64,000 nucleotides of DNA from a bacterium (GCA_030647205.1 JAUSJO010000002.1:241112-305111), one strand, 5' to 3'. Counted from the first letter of the stretch, positions 28,236 through 38,021 are shown. Numbers and translations are program-made. Notes: generated by a model from the sequence alone, not told the origin.

Positions 28236-29342
28236 CTAGAACTTCAGAAGTTGTCCCGGCTTGTTAAGTCCTCGGCTTGTGATGACAATACCAGGAATAT
28301 GAGTTACTTCTCCGATGACCCTAGCTTTGATTTCATGGCTTTGGGCGACTTGGATGACGCTGTTTGGCTCCGGTGTGGAGACGATCATGCCTTGCCCCAT
28401 GTTCCATGTTTTGTAGGCCTCTTCATCACTGATCTCGCCGATATCTTGCAGGTATCTAACAATGGTACTCGGTTCGATCGGTTCAGAGATTCTTGCTCCC
28501 AGACCGGATGGTTTTAACATCCTTCCCAATTTCTCTGGGATGCCACCACCTGTGATATGGGCAGCGCCGGTGATCTTGGCTTGCGGTTCGCCTTCATAGC
28601 CGCCGAACATGTCTAGTAGGGCCTTGGTATAGATACGGGATGGCGTCAGAATCATTTCTGCCAACTCTGTATCCTCATGCCAGTCAGGGCCCACCTTGTC
28701 TTCGAGGACTTTTCTGATTAATGAAAAGCCGTTCGATCGGAATCCGGGTTCCCAAAGGCCTACAAGGGAGTCGCCGACTTTGACCTCTTTCCCAGTCAGC
28801 ATTCTTTCCTTTTTGGCTATCCAGATGATGCCGGCAGACCAGTTATAGTTGAAAGATCCATAGCCGGATACTCTCGCTCCTATCTCTGCGATTTCGCCGT
28901 TGATAACGGCAACCCCAGCTTCTCCGGCAGCATTGACATATCCGCGACCTAGCTGCTTTAAAAGGTCAATGTTTGACTCTTTGTTATTGCCGAGACTTTT
29001 GACATCGAGAACAGAACCGATAACGAATGGTTCTGCACCCCGAATGACTGCATCGTCGCAGGCCATTGCAAAGAGATCATGGGCGACGGTGTCATGCTTT
29101 GCCAATCTTTCAGCAATCTCAACCTTTGTTCCTATACCGTCGAAACCAAAGCTCATGAAAGAGCCCGTGGGTAGTCCTGATACATCGAAGCCTCGAACCC
29201 CGGAAAAGTCATCAAAAGGAGAGACTATCTCTCCGAACTTTCCCTCGCGATTTTTCCACGTTTGTTTGGCAGCTTCAAAAAGAACCCTCGAAGCATCATT
29301 GCCGAGTTCGACATTTACGCCAGAATTCTTGTAAGTAGTCAC
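28236..29342 (-). CDS. purM: phosphoribosylformylglycinamidine cyclo-ligase (AIR synthase)
   Basis: YKNSGVNVELGNDASR..., GFDGIGTKV, and the PurM N- and C-domains. Confidence 0.9.
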   Translation of the reverse strand: MTTYKNSGVNVELGNDASRVLFEAAKQTWKNREGKFGEIVSPFDDFSGVRGFDVSGLPTGSFMSFGFDGIGTKVEIAERLAKHDTVAHDLFAMACDDAVIRGAEPFVIGSVLDVKSLGNNKESNIDLLKQLGRGYVNAAGEAGVAVINGEIAEIGARVSGYGSFNYNWSAGIIWIAKKERMLTGKEVKVGDSLVGLWEPGFRSNGFSLIRKVLEDKVGPDWHEDTELAEMILTPSRIYTKALLDMFGGYEGEPQAKITGAAHITGGGIPEKLGRMLKPSGLGARISEPIEPSTIVRYLQDIGEISDEEAYKTWNMGQGMIVSTPEPNSVIQVAQSHEIKARVIGEVTHIPGIVITSRGLNKPGQLLKF

Positions 29343-29353
29343 TTAGCTTCCTT

Positions 29354-29542
29354 TCAGGAGGGTTTGGTAATACCTAGAGTTTCTCTGATACTTTCTGGTG
29401 AGCAGTCAGCATCTTTGGGTAGCTTCCCAATCTCTATACTACCCATGCCATCGCTGAAAAAACCTTGTTCTGTCAGTTCGTCCATAAAAGGATCAGCCGG
29501 CGGCAGATTTTCTGCTCGTAAGAGTTTATGGAACCCTTTCAT
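29354..29542 (-). CDS. small hypothetical protein immediately upstream of purM
   Basis: 62-aa ORF 11 bp upstream of purM. No motif. Could be non-coding. Confidence 0.3.
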   Translation of the reverse strand: MKGFHKLLRAENLPPADPFMDELTEQGFFSDGMGSIEIGKLPKDADCSPESIRETLGITKPS

Positions 29543-29697
29543 GATTTCACTCCTTTCAAGTTGCTAAACAAAAATAAGGGCCTTTTGCCCTCTTATTTTT
29601 ATTCTTGTCTCTAAGTAAAAGGTAGCATAATTTACATTTATTTTCAACTTCTTAACCTTGAAATTTAGTCAAATTTGTGCTAGACTTAGCTTTCTGT

Positions 29698-30090
29698 GGG
29701 GCTGTTTTGGCTTCGACGGAAGATCATTGAGGCACGTATGATGCAAGCCGCGATGACTGTCTCGCGTTACCCAGATAGTTAAAAGACAAGTGCTAAAACA
29801 TTTGCAAGCAGAGTCGCTAGCGCTTTCCGCGTAAACGTCTTTGCACCAGCTGTAGCCTAAACGCTTCAGCCATCTCCCTTCGGGTTCTCGGGGTCGAAGA
29901 ACGAGGTGTCATAATCTCGAGACGCTTTGTCGCCACACCGATAAACGGCAACTAAGACTTATCGGGCTAGGAAATCCGGTTTTTGTCCTGATTCTTACCG
30001 GACTTCCGAACTGAACAATCGGGTCTAAGCTTGCTAAGGTTGTACGGTTTTAACTTTCGGACGCGGGTTCGATTCCCGCCAGCTCCACCA
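29698..30090 (+). ncRNA. ssrA: tmRNA (SsrA)
   Basis: 5' GGGGCTGTTTTGGCTTCGACGG... and 3' tRNA-like end GGACGCGGGTTCGATTCCCGCCAGCTCCACCA. The internal tag frame ends ...NVFAPAVA then TAA. Confidence 0.9.
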
Positions 30091-30178
30091 AAAAAAGAAA
30101 GTCTTTGAAGATTTTCTTTTTTTGGTTAATAGGAGCTTGAGAACGCCACTAGAAGATTTTTGAGGTCTTTTCTTATAT

Positions 30179-30559
30179 TTATTTTCCTGCCCTGTTAAGA
30201 AACTGTCTAATTTTACTTATTTTTTTATTGTCGGGTTCTTCATTGCTCTTCTGCTTTGTGGCTTTTCTTGTTTCTTTCAATACAGTATTGTCCATATTAT
30301 CAATTTCTTTTTGGTCATGATCTGCGATTCTTTGCCATTTTTTAGCTTCTTTCCTTCCTGCACGTCTATCGGGTCCTCCCATGCTGTCTCTAAGTCTATA
30401 TTCCGGGTCAGCGTTAGAATAACCATCAGCAATACTTTCATGTAATTTTTTGTCCTGCATTTTCTGATTTGTTCTTTCGGCAGCAACTTGGGCAATATCT
30501 GGATTGTTTATCCTACCGTATTCATCTTTTGACAAGTCTGGTCCTGTTGTGTTAAGCAT
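30179..30559 (-). CDS. hypothetical charged protein
   Basis: 126-aa ORF rich in K/D/E/R. No family recognised. Confidence 0.45.
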   Translation of the reverse strand: MLNTTGPDLSKDEYGRINNPDIAQVAAERTNQKMQDKKLHESIADGYSNADPEYRLRDSMGGPDRRAGRKEAKKWQRIADHDQKEIDNMDNTVLKETRKATKQKSNEEPDNKKISKIRQFLNRAGK

Positions 30560-30747
30560 TTTTTCTCCTAATTACTATTTATGTTTAGTATAGTCTATTA
30601 TTATCACCAAAACAAAAATAATAATATTTATTCAGCATAACCCAACTCCAATAGTAAAATCCCTGGGTATAAAAGTTCTAAATTTCTTCAACTATGCTTC
30701 ACCAGATGATATTTTTTGATTTTTATATAGCCCTTAAATTAACAGAA

Positions 30748-30822
30748 GGCCCCCTCTGGAGAGTAAGAACCTTTCTAGTTCTTCTCTCCCTGAGGGGGCC
30801 AGATGGTAGACACCTGTCTACC
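30748..30822 (-). terminator. GC-rich double hairpin immediately downstream of def
   Basis: ggccccctctggagagtaagaac ... gttcttctctccctgagggggcc is a ~23-bp imperfect stem. A second hairpin ggtagaca-cc-tgtctacc lies next to it. Confidence 0.4.
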
Positions 30823-30830
30823 GATAGTGA

Positions 30831-31385
30831 TTAGACGGATTGTTCGAGGAGCTTTTCACCAGAACGATTCATGTCCCCGATACATTTTTTGATCCTTCTA
30901 AGGCCTGCATGAATAACTGGGCGGCCTTCAGACAAGATCGTTTTCCCGTCAAGATGGTTTACTTCGTGGTAAGCAACTCTAGCGGCAAACCCTGTGAGGG
31001 ATCGGCGGAAATCTTGGCCCGATATCGAGTAGCCCTCGATGGTTACTGCTATGGGGCTTTTTACTCTTGCGATTGTACGGGGCACAGACCCGCAGCTTTC
31101 CCAGCCGCCACGCATTTTTTCTGACATATCCACGATCGTAGGGTTCACGATGATTAGCTCATCCCCATAACATGATTGGGCATTCGGGTTATTAAGCAAG
31201 AGGATCATTCTTGCATCATAACCGATCTGGTTTGCAGCCAGGCCAACAAGATAATTGCTGGAGCGAAAAGTGTCAATAAGGTCCATGGCGATATCTCTTG
31301 TGCTTGGATTACTGGGATCCACTTCTGCAACTGGTATGTGAAGTTTGTCCTCCTCCCACACACTCAAAACTCTTTTCGTGGTCAA
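30831..31385 (-). CDS. def: peptide deformylase
   Basis: Motifs GLAANQIG, ESCGSVP (EGCLS-like) and HEVNHLDG (HExxH). Confidence 0.85.
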   Translation of the reverse strand: MTTKRVLSVWEEDKLHIPVAEVDPSNPSTRDIAMDLIDTFRSSNYLVGLAANQIGYDARMILLLNNPNAQSCYGDELIIVNPTIVDMSEKMRGGWESCGSVPRTIARVKSPIAVTIEGYSISGQDFRRSLTGFAARVAYHEVNHLDGKTILSEGRPVIHAGLRRIKKCIGDMNRSGEKLLEQSV

Positions 31386-31449
31386 TTTGGTCTCCTTTGT
31401 CGCTATGAAAGGGTCAATGTACTACCACAATTATATAATAGTAGATGAC

Positions 31450-31502
31450 ATTTGTCAAGTATTTCGGGTAATATTGACAAATTAGCTACTATGATGTATA
31501 AT
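31450..31502 (+). promoter_or_regulatory. consensus sigma70-like promoter with an overlapping operator-like inverted repeat
   Basis: TTGACA (31474..31479), 17-nt spacer, TATAAT (31497..31502). Inverted repeat atttgtcaa (31450..31458) / ttgacaaat (31474..31482). Confidence 0.6.
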
Positions 31503-31619
31503 CTCTGTATCCTATTCAGTTCTATTCAGTCCAAGAAAGGAAGGAGCTTAACATCATGAATGTAACACGAGAGAGTTCAAATAGAACGTCTTGGGGGGGT
31601 CATCATCGACCTTACGAAA

Positions 31620-32009
31620 GTGATCAAGGAAGCACTTCATAAAGATGGGATAGATCTTTTGTCGGGCGGCAAGGATGCGAATCTTGTCACTGGTAAAGGA
31701 GAAAGAAATGAGCTCTACGAGAGAAAAGGGTCGGGTTCATTTTCGACGGAGGGGCGAAAGGTGCTCTGGGTATCCTTCGATCCAACCGAGCCGACCTCTG
31801 AGTTACTGCCAACTCTCCATGTCAAGGTCACAGTTCGGGAAGAGGTATTGATGGAAAATGCAGGACGCCGGAAGAAAATTGATAGCATCCTTGCTATCAT
31901 CGATAAGGCAGTTGAGACCGAACTGGCTAATCCGACTACGAATGAGATTAAGAGGGTACACCCAACCAAGATCATGGTTAAGTTTGCTGGAATTCATGTT
32001 TTGATCTAA
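31620..32009 (+). CDS. hypothetical protein whose 5' end is split by a G7 homopolymer (frameshifted or phase-variable)
   Basis: Strong RBS aaggaagga plus an ATG at ~31556 opens a 29-codon frame that runs into the G7 tract at 31593..31599. One fewer G would fuse it in frame to this 129-aa ORF, which as written has only a GTG start and no RBS. Confidence 0.45.
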   Translation: MIKEALHKDGIDLLSGGKDANLVTGKGERNELYERKGSGSFSTEGRKVLWVSFDPTEPTSELLPTLHVKVTVREEVLMENAGRRKKIDSILAIIDKAVETELANPTTNEIKRVHPTKIMVKFAGIHVLI

Positions 32010-32043
32010 CTAACAGGTCGCTTAGACTTAGATCTTAGCCAGG

Positions 32044-32427
32044 ATGAAAAGACAAACGATTGGAGGCAGGGGAATGAAAGGAGAACGGATCATAGGTAGA
32101 ATCCTTTCAGAGGTAGACATAGCATCACGGGAACGAGTTGACAATGAGAGGAGACTCGATAAATCCGTGATAGCAGAGAAAGAAAAGATCGTAGAGCTCA
32201 TGTCTTTTTTTGCATCTAAGACAGACGAAGAGTTCCTGAGTCTGGTTAAGATGGTAACAAGGAGCTGGATGCTTGAACTTAACTATGAAGCTCAGGCGAA
32301 CTACTACCTTGTATTATGGAAAGACAGCGCACGCCGTTTGAAGGAAAGGGGCTGTAAAAAGCGCAGTGCGCTAAAAAGCATATCCCAAAACGGCGAAGTT
32401 AACTTCAGGAATCTTCGGAAGAAGTAA
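32044..32427 (+). CDS. hypothetical protein (second gene of the module)
   Basis: 127-aa ORF 35 bp after the previous stop. No motif. Followed by a strong terminator. Confidence 0.5.
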   Translation: MKRQTIGGRGMKGERIIGRILSEVDIASRERVDNERRLDKSVIAEKEKIVELMSFFASKTDEEFLSLVKMVTRSWMLELNYEAQANYYLVLWKDSARRLKERGCKKRSALKSISQNGEVNFRNLRKK

Positions 32428-32451
32428 CTAATGTACTTATCAGGAGGGAAT

Positions 32452-32478
32452 AGCACCGATTTAAATCGGTGCTTTTTC
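32452..32478 (+). terminator. rho-independent terminator
   Basis: caccgatttaaatcggtg followed by cttttt. Confidence 0.7.
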
Positions 32479-32504
32479 TTTTGCATATTGCTATAATTGT
32501 TCTT

Positions 32505-33356
32505 ATGAATTGGTTTTTATTTGTAATCATTAGCATCCTTGCATCAGCAGTTGCCGGCCTTTTGCAGAAAGCATTGATGCGAAAACAGGCTGTGAATCCT
32601 ATAGCTTTTGCAGCCGGTTTTCAAATTACGGTCAGCCTGTTTGTGGGTGTTATTTTGCTTTTTAAGGGGTTCCGTTTACCAGATCTCGGTCCGATTGGAC
32701 TAAACTTATTGCTTATGCCCATACTTTACTCTCTGGGTAATATCTCTAAATTTAAATCACTGAAGAAAATCGAGATATCTGAACTGACAATTATTTATCA
32801 GTCCAGTACGCTTGTCACGGTTATCATCGCAATTTCTTTTCTTGGAGAATCATTTCATTTGCTGCAAATACTGGGTCTTGCTTTAGTAATTGCAGCTATA
32901 ATCTTGGTGACTTTAAAAAATCATATAAAATTTAGTCTTAGCAGCGGTGAGATATGGGCGTTTGTTGCCGCTGCATCCTTTGGAGCGGCTTTTGCGAATG
33001 ATGTATACATCTTAAGAACTTTTGACCTTTGGACATATACCTTTTTAGCTTTTTTAATCCCTGGGATTTTAAGCCTGCCTTTTTTGGGTAAAGAAATCAG
33101 GAGTTTAAGACATCTTGTTGATGGAGAGAACAGATTTAGGTTTTTGTTATCTGCAATTATTTATGCAGTTGCGGTTTTAACTGTGTACTATGCTTACCAA
33201 ATTGGTCGAAATGCAGCGCAAATCGCGTCCATTACACCAACGTACTCAATTCTAATCGTCATCTTGGCAGCTATTTTCCTAAAGGAAAGAGATCGGTTGC
33301 CGAGAAAGTTATTTGCAGCGTCTCTCGCCGTGATCGGTGTTATGCTGCTTAAATAG
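32505..33356 (+). CDS. EamA/DMT-family transporter
   Basis: 10 TM segments in two EamA repeats. The internal Met start was chosen because the track start at 32469 sits inside the upstream terminator hairpin. TATAAT lies 8 nt upstream, so the mRNA may be leaderless. Confidence 0.7.
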   Translation: MNWFLFVIISILASAVAGLLQKALMRKQAVNPIAFAAGFQITVSLFVGVILLFKGFRLPDLGPIGLNLLLMPILYSLGNISKFKSLKKIEISELTIIYQSSTLVTVIIAISFLGESFHLLQILGLALVIAAIILVTLKNHIKFSLSSGEIWAFVAAASFGAAFANDVYILRTFDLWTYTFLAFLIPGILSLPFLGKEIRSLRHLVDGENRFRFLLSAIIYAVAVLTVYYAYQIGRNAAQIASITPTYSILIVILAAIFLKERDRLPRKLFAASLAVIGVMLLK

Positions 33357-33362
33357 ATTTTT

Positions 33363-35111
33363 TTACCAGTTTCTTAGACCGCCCCACTCTACAACAGTGA
33401 ATCCTTTTCGGGGGATTGTTGTTAGTTTTTGAGGCTTTATACTGATCGGTCTTTGCAGGCCTTCATAATCTAAAAATACCCGTATCAAGGTTTGTGGTTT
33501 GGGACTTATATTCAGCGGCGCTAACTTGTTCATGTCGGCGGTCATTAGCCAAGAGAGTCTGACATAAGGCGTTTTGGGAAGCTGAGACATCCAAAAGTCG
33601 ATAAAGTCTGCTTTTTCTTTTTTGTTTAGGCCTAGTTGGGAAAGATGTCTTTCAAGCGTTTGTCGGAGCTCTCCTTGTTTTACTACGAAGCCGCTTTTTA
33701 TCTCAGGATACATTCCAAAGCCCTGTCCCTCCCAGAAAAGATAGTCCCAAACACGCCCGTCTGTTTTTATAGCTCCATCCGGGTAAGCGGTTACTTGCCA
33801 GCCGTTTTTATAAGGAGGGATGCTTACGTCTACGTTGGCGCCTACTTTGACACTCACATTTGTTTCCTTTTCGGGATATAGATAAATAACCGGTTTTCCA
33901 CAACCGCCGGCACTCTTTAGGTCACTTCTGAGAAAAACAATATACTGTCCTAACGGATCTCTTGTTATAAAGACCGGTTGGGGGGATATCTTATAAAATT
34001 TCTCTAACGATAGTTCCTTGAGGGTTTTATCCGGTGTGTTTAAAGTCTTGTTGGAGCTTGCTTCCTTGTAAACTGCGTAGATATCTTGCGCTAGGGGCGA
34101 GCCTGTGTTGCTAATGCCATACACTTCATCACCTAAACTTGTTGAGCCGATAACGCTAAGATTTGATTTATTTACGCTATAGCTGCTTAAAATAGTTGAG
34201 TCATAACTCCCGCAACCAGATACAAGAAAGCTAGAGTACTGTAAGGTATTTTGCGCTCCGCTTAAGGTCACCGAGGGAATGCTTGTTTCTCTGTTAAAAT
34301 AATCAAGAATCAAAGAAAACTGCGCTGTTGTGGAGTCAGCCAACTTTAAGTAAAAGATACGGTCAGTCATAGAGCTCCCGAGATGACTGTTATCGTTTGC
34401 AGAGAAAATACTGCCGTCTTTTGTATCCGCCACTTTGGATGTATTATCGATTTTTGAAAATAAATCGGACTGATATAGTTTTTTAAATACCGCACCGTTT
34501 GACAGGGTTATTTTTTCAGGAATTGTGACCCCCGTATATGTGGTTTGGTTATCTATACTGACTGTAGCATTCAAAAATCCGGCATCTTCCGGATAAAGCT
34601 TGTCAGACAACGACTTTAAAAAGGAATATTGGCCATCGGATCCTTTTTTGAATCTATAGTAAAGGATCTCTTGACCGTTTATTGATTTGACAAGATATAT
34701 CTCTCCGCCGCCTCTTAGATTCGCCACTCTGTAGTAGCTGTTTTCTATGCCGTATTGCTTTATCATCGCTTGATTGAAGAACGCCGGGTTTGGTACCTCG
34801 ACAGGATCTATCCAGGTTATTTCGGGGACGGGAGTGTTGACTGAACTTTCCTTTTTTGATGATGCTTGTTTCGCTTTTTCCAAAGCTTCGGCAGCTTCTT
34901 TTTCTTTCGTTTTCTTGTCTTGGTAGTAAGCATAGGCAGAAACAGACCCTATAATACCCACGAGAACTAAAACAGCCGAAACAATCAAAACTATCTTGAT
35001 CAGTTTCTTTTTTTTCTGTGCCTTTGAAGCTTCATCCGCAGTATCAGTTTCCGGCAAAGGACCGGGCACTTGTTCCGTATTGAGATCGTTATTTATTCCC
35101 TCGTTTTCCAT
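33363..35111 (-). CDS. hypothetical large secreted or membrane-anchored protein
   Basis: N-terminal TM helix (IVLIVSAVLVLVGIIGSVSAYAYY) followed by ~530 aa of extracytoplasmic sequence. No family recognised. Confidence 0.6.
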   Translation of the reverse strand: MENEGINNDLNTEQVPGPLPETDTADEASKAQKKKKLIKIVLIVSAVLVLVGIIGSVSAYAYYQDKKTKEKEAAEALEKAKQASSKKESSVNTPVPEITWIDPVEVPNPAFFNQAMIKQYGIENSYYRVANLRGGGEIYLVKSINGQEILYYRFKKGSDGQYSFLKSLSDKLYPEDAGFLNATVSIDNQTTYTGVTIPEKITLSNGAVFKKLYQSDLFSKIDNTSKVADTKDGSIFSANDNSHLGSSMTDRIFYLKLADSTTAQFSLILDYFNRETSIPSVTLSGAQNTLQYSSFLVSGCGSYDSTILSSYSVNKSNLSVIGSTSLGDEVYGISNTGSPLAQDIYAVYKEASSNKTLNTPDKTLKELSLEKFYKISPQPVFITRDPLGQYIVFLRSDLKSAGGCGKPVIYLYPEKETNVSVKVGANVDVSIPPYKNGWQVTAYPDGAIKTDGRVWDYLFWEGQGFGMYPEIKSGFVVKQGELRQTLERHLSQLGLNKKEKADFIDFWMSQLPKTPYVRLSWLMTADMNKLAPLNISPKPQTLIRVFLDYEGLQRPISIKPQKLTTIPRKGFTVVEWGGLRNW

Positions 35112-35247
35112 GGGATAATATTAGCATAAGCCTAAAAATGTTTCTATGTTTTTGTAGTTTTAATTCTTGAGAGGCAAAACATTGTTATTTTTGAGGATAA
35201 CAAAAGATAGACTGTAAGCTTTGTTGATTAAGCTGTATAATTCTTTC

Positions 35248-35862
35248 ATGAAAAAAGAAGTAGTTATCTTTGATTTTGATGGTGTCATCGTCGATAGTCT
35301 CGACTTTTCTTTTGAAATCAATAAAAGTCATAGCCCAAAGCTTACTAGAAAAGAATGGGAAGATATGCATTTGGGTAACTTCTATGATGCTTTTAAGAAA
35401 CATAAGATCAGTACGGTTGATGATTTCTATAAAGAGTATGAGAGCAAAATACATCACGTGTTTCCTATAGAAAGCATGGATAAAGTCATCCAAAGTCTAC
35501 ACAAGAAATATAGGCTGACAATTGTTTCCGGCTCTCCTGCCAGGATTATCGATAAGTATTTGAACCGGTATGGTCTGAGAGATTATTTCGAAGCGATTGT
35601 GGGGAATGAATATCACCTCAATAAGGTTGAAAAGTTCAATAAAATAAAAGATTTGTGTAATGTCTCCTTTGGTGACTGCTTACAGATCACAGATACTGTT
35701 TGTGATGTAAAAGAGGGCCATCTGACCGGTATAGAGTCAATTGCTGTTACCTGGGGTATATTCGCCAAGGATGTTTTTAAGGGAGAAAAGACCTTTGCTG
35801 TGGTTGACGCGCCGGAAGAAATTACCGGTGCTGTCGACAAATTCTTTGGCAAAGGCTACTAG
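35248..35862 (+). CDS. HAD-superfamily hydrolase (phosphoglycolate-phosphatase-like)
   Basis: Motif I VVIFDFDGVIVDS. A TGTATAAT -10 lies 8 nt upstream of the ATG. Confidence 0.8.
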   Translation: MKKEVVIFDFDGVIVDSLDFSFEINKSHSPKLTRKEWEDMHLGNFYDAFKKHKISTVDDFYKEYESKIHHVFPIESMDKVIQSLHKKYRLTIVSGSPARIIDKYLNRYGLRDYFEAIVGNEYHLNKVEKFNKIKDLCNVSFGDCLQITDTVCDVKEGHLTGIESIAVTWGIFAKDVFKGEKTFAVVDAPEEITGAVDKFFGKGY

Positions 35863-35888
35863 AAAAAGTAAATCAGGAGATTATTTTC

Positions 35889-36353
35889 TTATAGCTTAAA
35901 ATATATTTCTGTTGCTCCGTGGTTTAAACTTTTAAGCTTTTCTATTTCGATTTTATTCTTCTTCATAAAGCTTAGCATTGTTTCAGTACTCTCTCTTAGG
36001 GGTTTGATATACGCCGATGTAAACCCGTCTTTTTTACACTGTTTCATCATTCTTTTAATGAGCAGCGTTCCTATTCCATTTCTTGTATATCCGCGCAGGA
36101 TATGCAGTCTAAAGAAACGGTTTTTCAAACGAATGATTGTTCCAACTTTTTCCCCGTCAACTATTGCGAGTAGAATATCAGGTTTTTCTGTTTGAATAAA
36201 ATACTTTAACTTTTCCGGCGAGTGAAACTTGGCGTATTTTCTCTTTCTTTCAGGGGACATTTGGTCATAATGATCATTATCTAAAATAATTTCGTATATT
36301 GCTTGCTCGTCGCCTTCTTGATAGGGCCTAACTTGTATAGAATTTTGTTGCAT
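35889..36353 (-). CDS. GNAT-family N-acetyltransferase
   Basis: Motif A RGYTRNGIGTLLI in an acetyl-CoA-binding fold. Confidence 0.75.
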   Translation of the reverse strand: MQQNSIQVRPYQEGDEQAIYEIILDNDHYDQMSPERKRKYAKFHSPEKLKYFIQTEKPDILLAIVDGEKVGTIIRLKNRFFRLHILRGYTRNGIGTLLIKRMMKQCKKDGFTSAYIKPLRESTETMLSFMKKNKIEIEKLKSLNHGATEIYFKL

Positions 36354-36482
36354 AAATTTTCCTGCGGCTAAGTGATAATGTTTATATTAAACTCTGTGTT
36401 CAATGGATTTGTCAAAATATAAAAAGAAAAGCCGCCCCTTGCGGGGCGGCTGGTTAGTGCATCAGTCGTTTTTGGTCCTTGC

Positions 36483-38021
36483 TCAGTTGAGCATTGAACC
36501 GATAACTTCTTTTGCGTTTTTTGTCGTCAGGTCTTTTGCGTCCAGATGGTAGTCAGAAACAGACTTCAGTGTTCTCACTGACTCTTCTTTCTGTTCTCCA
36601 CGTAGGTCGTCTCCAATCAGAACGCTCACGACCTTGAACTCCAGTCTTTTGCGCTCTTTGGCGAACTGTTGAGCGAACTCGTCGCTTATGGGGGCGATGC
36701 CATCAGTTAAGAAAAGAACATCTGCCTTTTTCATCTGACTTGATCTTACAAGCTCGGCGGTTCTTGCGAGCGGGCGCTCGAAGTTTGTCCCGCCGCCCGT
36801 AAAGTAGACCAGTGCTTCGATCAGCTCCTCGGGGCGTATCTTGCCCTTACGGATAGATACCTCTTTCTTGATAGAGCTTTCGTAATAAATGATATGCATA
36901 TCACGATGCTCTTTTCGTGCGATTTCGAGGCAGGCCATGATGAGACCTTTTGCATAAGAGTCTCTTGTGCCTTTCATAGTACCGCTGATATCGTCGCATA
37001 TGATCATCGGACCCTTGCCGGAAGGGATATCGTCATCACGCACATATACCTCCAGCTCGCCGTCAGACCATCTGCTCAGAAAGTCTTTCTGAAGTGCCGG
37101 GTGCATTGCGCTGATTGCTTCATAGTCAGTCATGTCGGCGATATCATCCCCAAAACCTACCCCCGAAATAGTGAAATGGTCTTTTTGGGTGGCTTTGGAT
37201 AGGAGATCGCGCGCCAGTTTACGGAAGCGGCCGATGATTTCCATCATGTCTTTCAGCTGCCTGTGATCGTAGACTGAGTCAAGCATACGAAGCATGCGAT
37301 CGGGAGACACTCTTTCGAGCTCTTCTTGGCTATAGCCGAAGCTGTGGAGCATTTCGACTAAACCGGTTGCCTTCTCGGCTGTTTCTTCGAGATCTTCCTT
37401 TAGTGCTTCTCTTTGGGCATAGTTAGATGTGATTTGTGCAGCCTCTTCCTCGAGTTTTTCGATGTCGGCTGCTGCCTTCTCGATTGCCTCAGCGTATAAC
37501 TCCAGGTGATCTTCGGAGGCACCTTCGCCTTCGAGTCCCTCGGCCCTTTCGATGAGTTGTTCCAGCCGATCTTTTTCTTTCTCCAGCTCTCGTCTCTTCT
37601 CGGTTTCATCGGGAGAATTCTCCAGAATCTTCCGGGCGAGGTCTTGTGCTGTTGCAAGAGCCAGAGATTTATTTAGTTTGGTCGTCTGGCGCAGATCATC
37701 GTAGTCCTCAGAATCCATGATGTCCTTTAGATGCTCCCGATTTGCCCGATATTCCTTGGCAATACTCTCTTCAGCAAGAATAGTGGGATGCTGTTTCTGC
37801 AGGGCACCGTAGATGTCCTCGAAAAGCCGGTTGAAGCCCTTGAGGTCTTTTTCACCTCTTTCAATGAGTTTCGACAGCTCTGGATTGCTCTCAACTGCTG
37901 TTTCGACAACATGCCGATCGTAGTTGAAGAGGGAAAGGCTGTTTTCGCTCAGTGTCTCTTCAGGCTTTTTATTGAAGAACTTCTTTTTTACCTTTTTGAT
38001 TAACCCTCGTAGTTTCTTCAT
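36483..38021 (-). CDS. VWA-domain protein, ViaA-like partner of a MoxR ATPase
   Basis: C-terminal VWA with MIDAS-like DDISGTM, preceded by a long acidic coiled-coil region. Sits directly downstream of the RavA-like gene. Confidence 0.75.
   Translation of the reverse strand: MKKLRGLIKKVKKKFFNKKPEETLSENSLSLFNYDRHVVETAVESNPELSKLIERGEKDLKGFNRLFEDIYGALQKQHPTILAEESIAKEYRANREHLKDIMDSEDYDDLRQTTKLNKSLALATAQDLARKILENSPDETEKRRELEKEKDRLEQLIERAEGLEGEGASEDHLELYAEAIEKAAADIEKLEEEAAQITSNYAQREALKEDLEETAEKATGLVEMLHSFGYSQEELERVSPDRMLRMLDSVYDHRQLKDMMEIIGRFRKLARDLLSKATQKDHFTISGVGFGDDIADMTDYEAISAMHPALQKDFLSRWSDGELEVYVRDDDIPSGKGPMIICDDISGTMKGTRDSYAKGLIMACLEIARKEHRDMHIIYYESSIKKEVSIRKGKIRPEELIEALVYFTGGGTNFERPLARTAELVRSSQMKKADVLFLTDGIAPISDEFAQQFAKERKRLEFKVVSVLIGDDLRGEQKEESVRTLKSVSDYHLDAKDLTTKNAKEVIGSMLN

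Noticed and set aside
29698-30600. tmRNA as the integration site of a genomic island carrying the downstream 126-aa gene and def
   Set aside because: I could not find a downstream duplicate of the tmRNA 3' end, and def is a core gene. The terminator-like hairpin after ssrA looks native.
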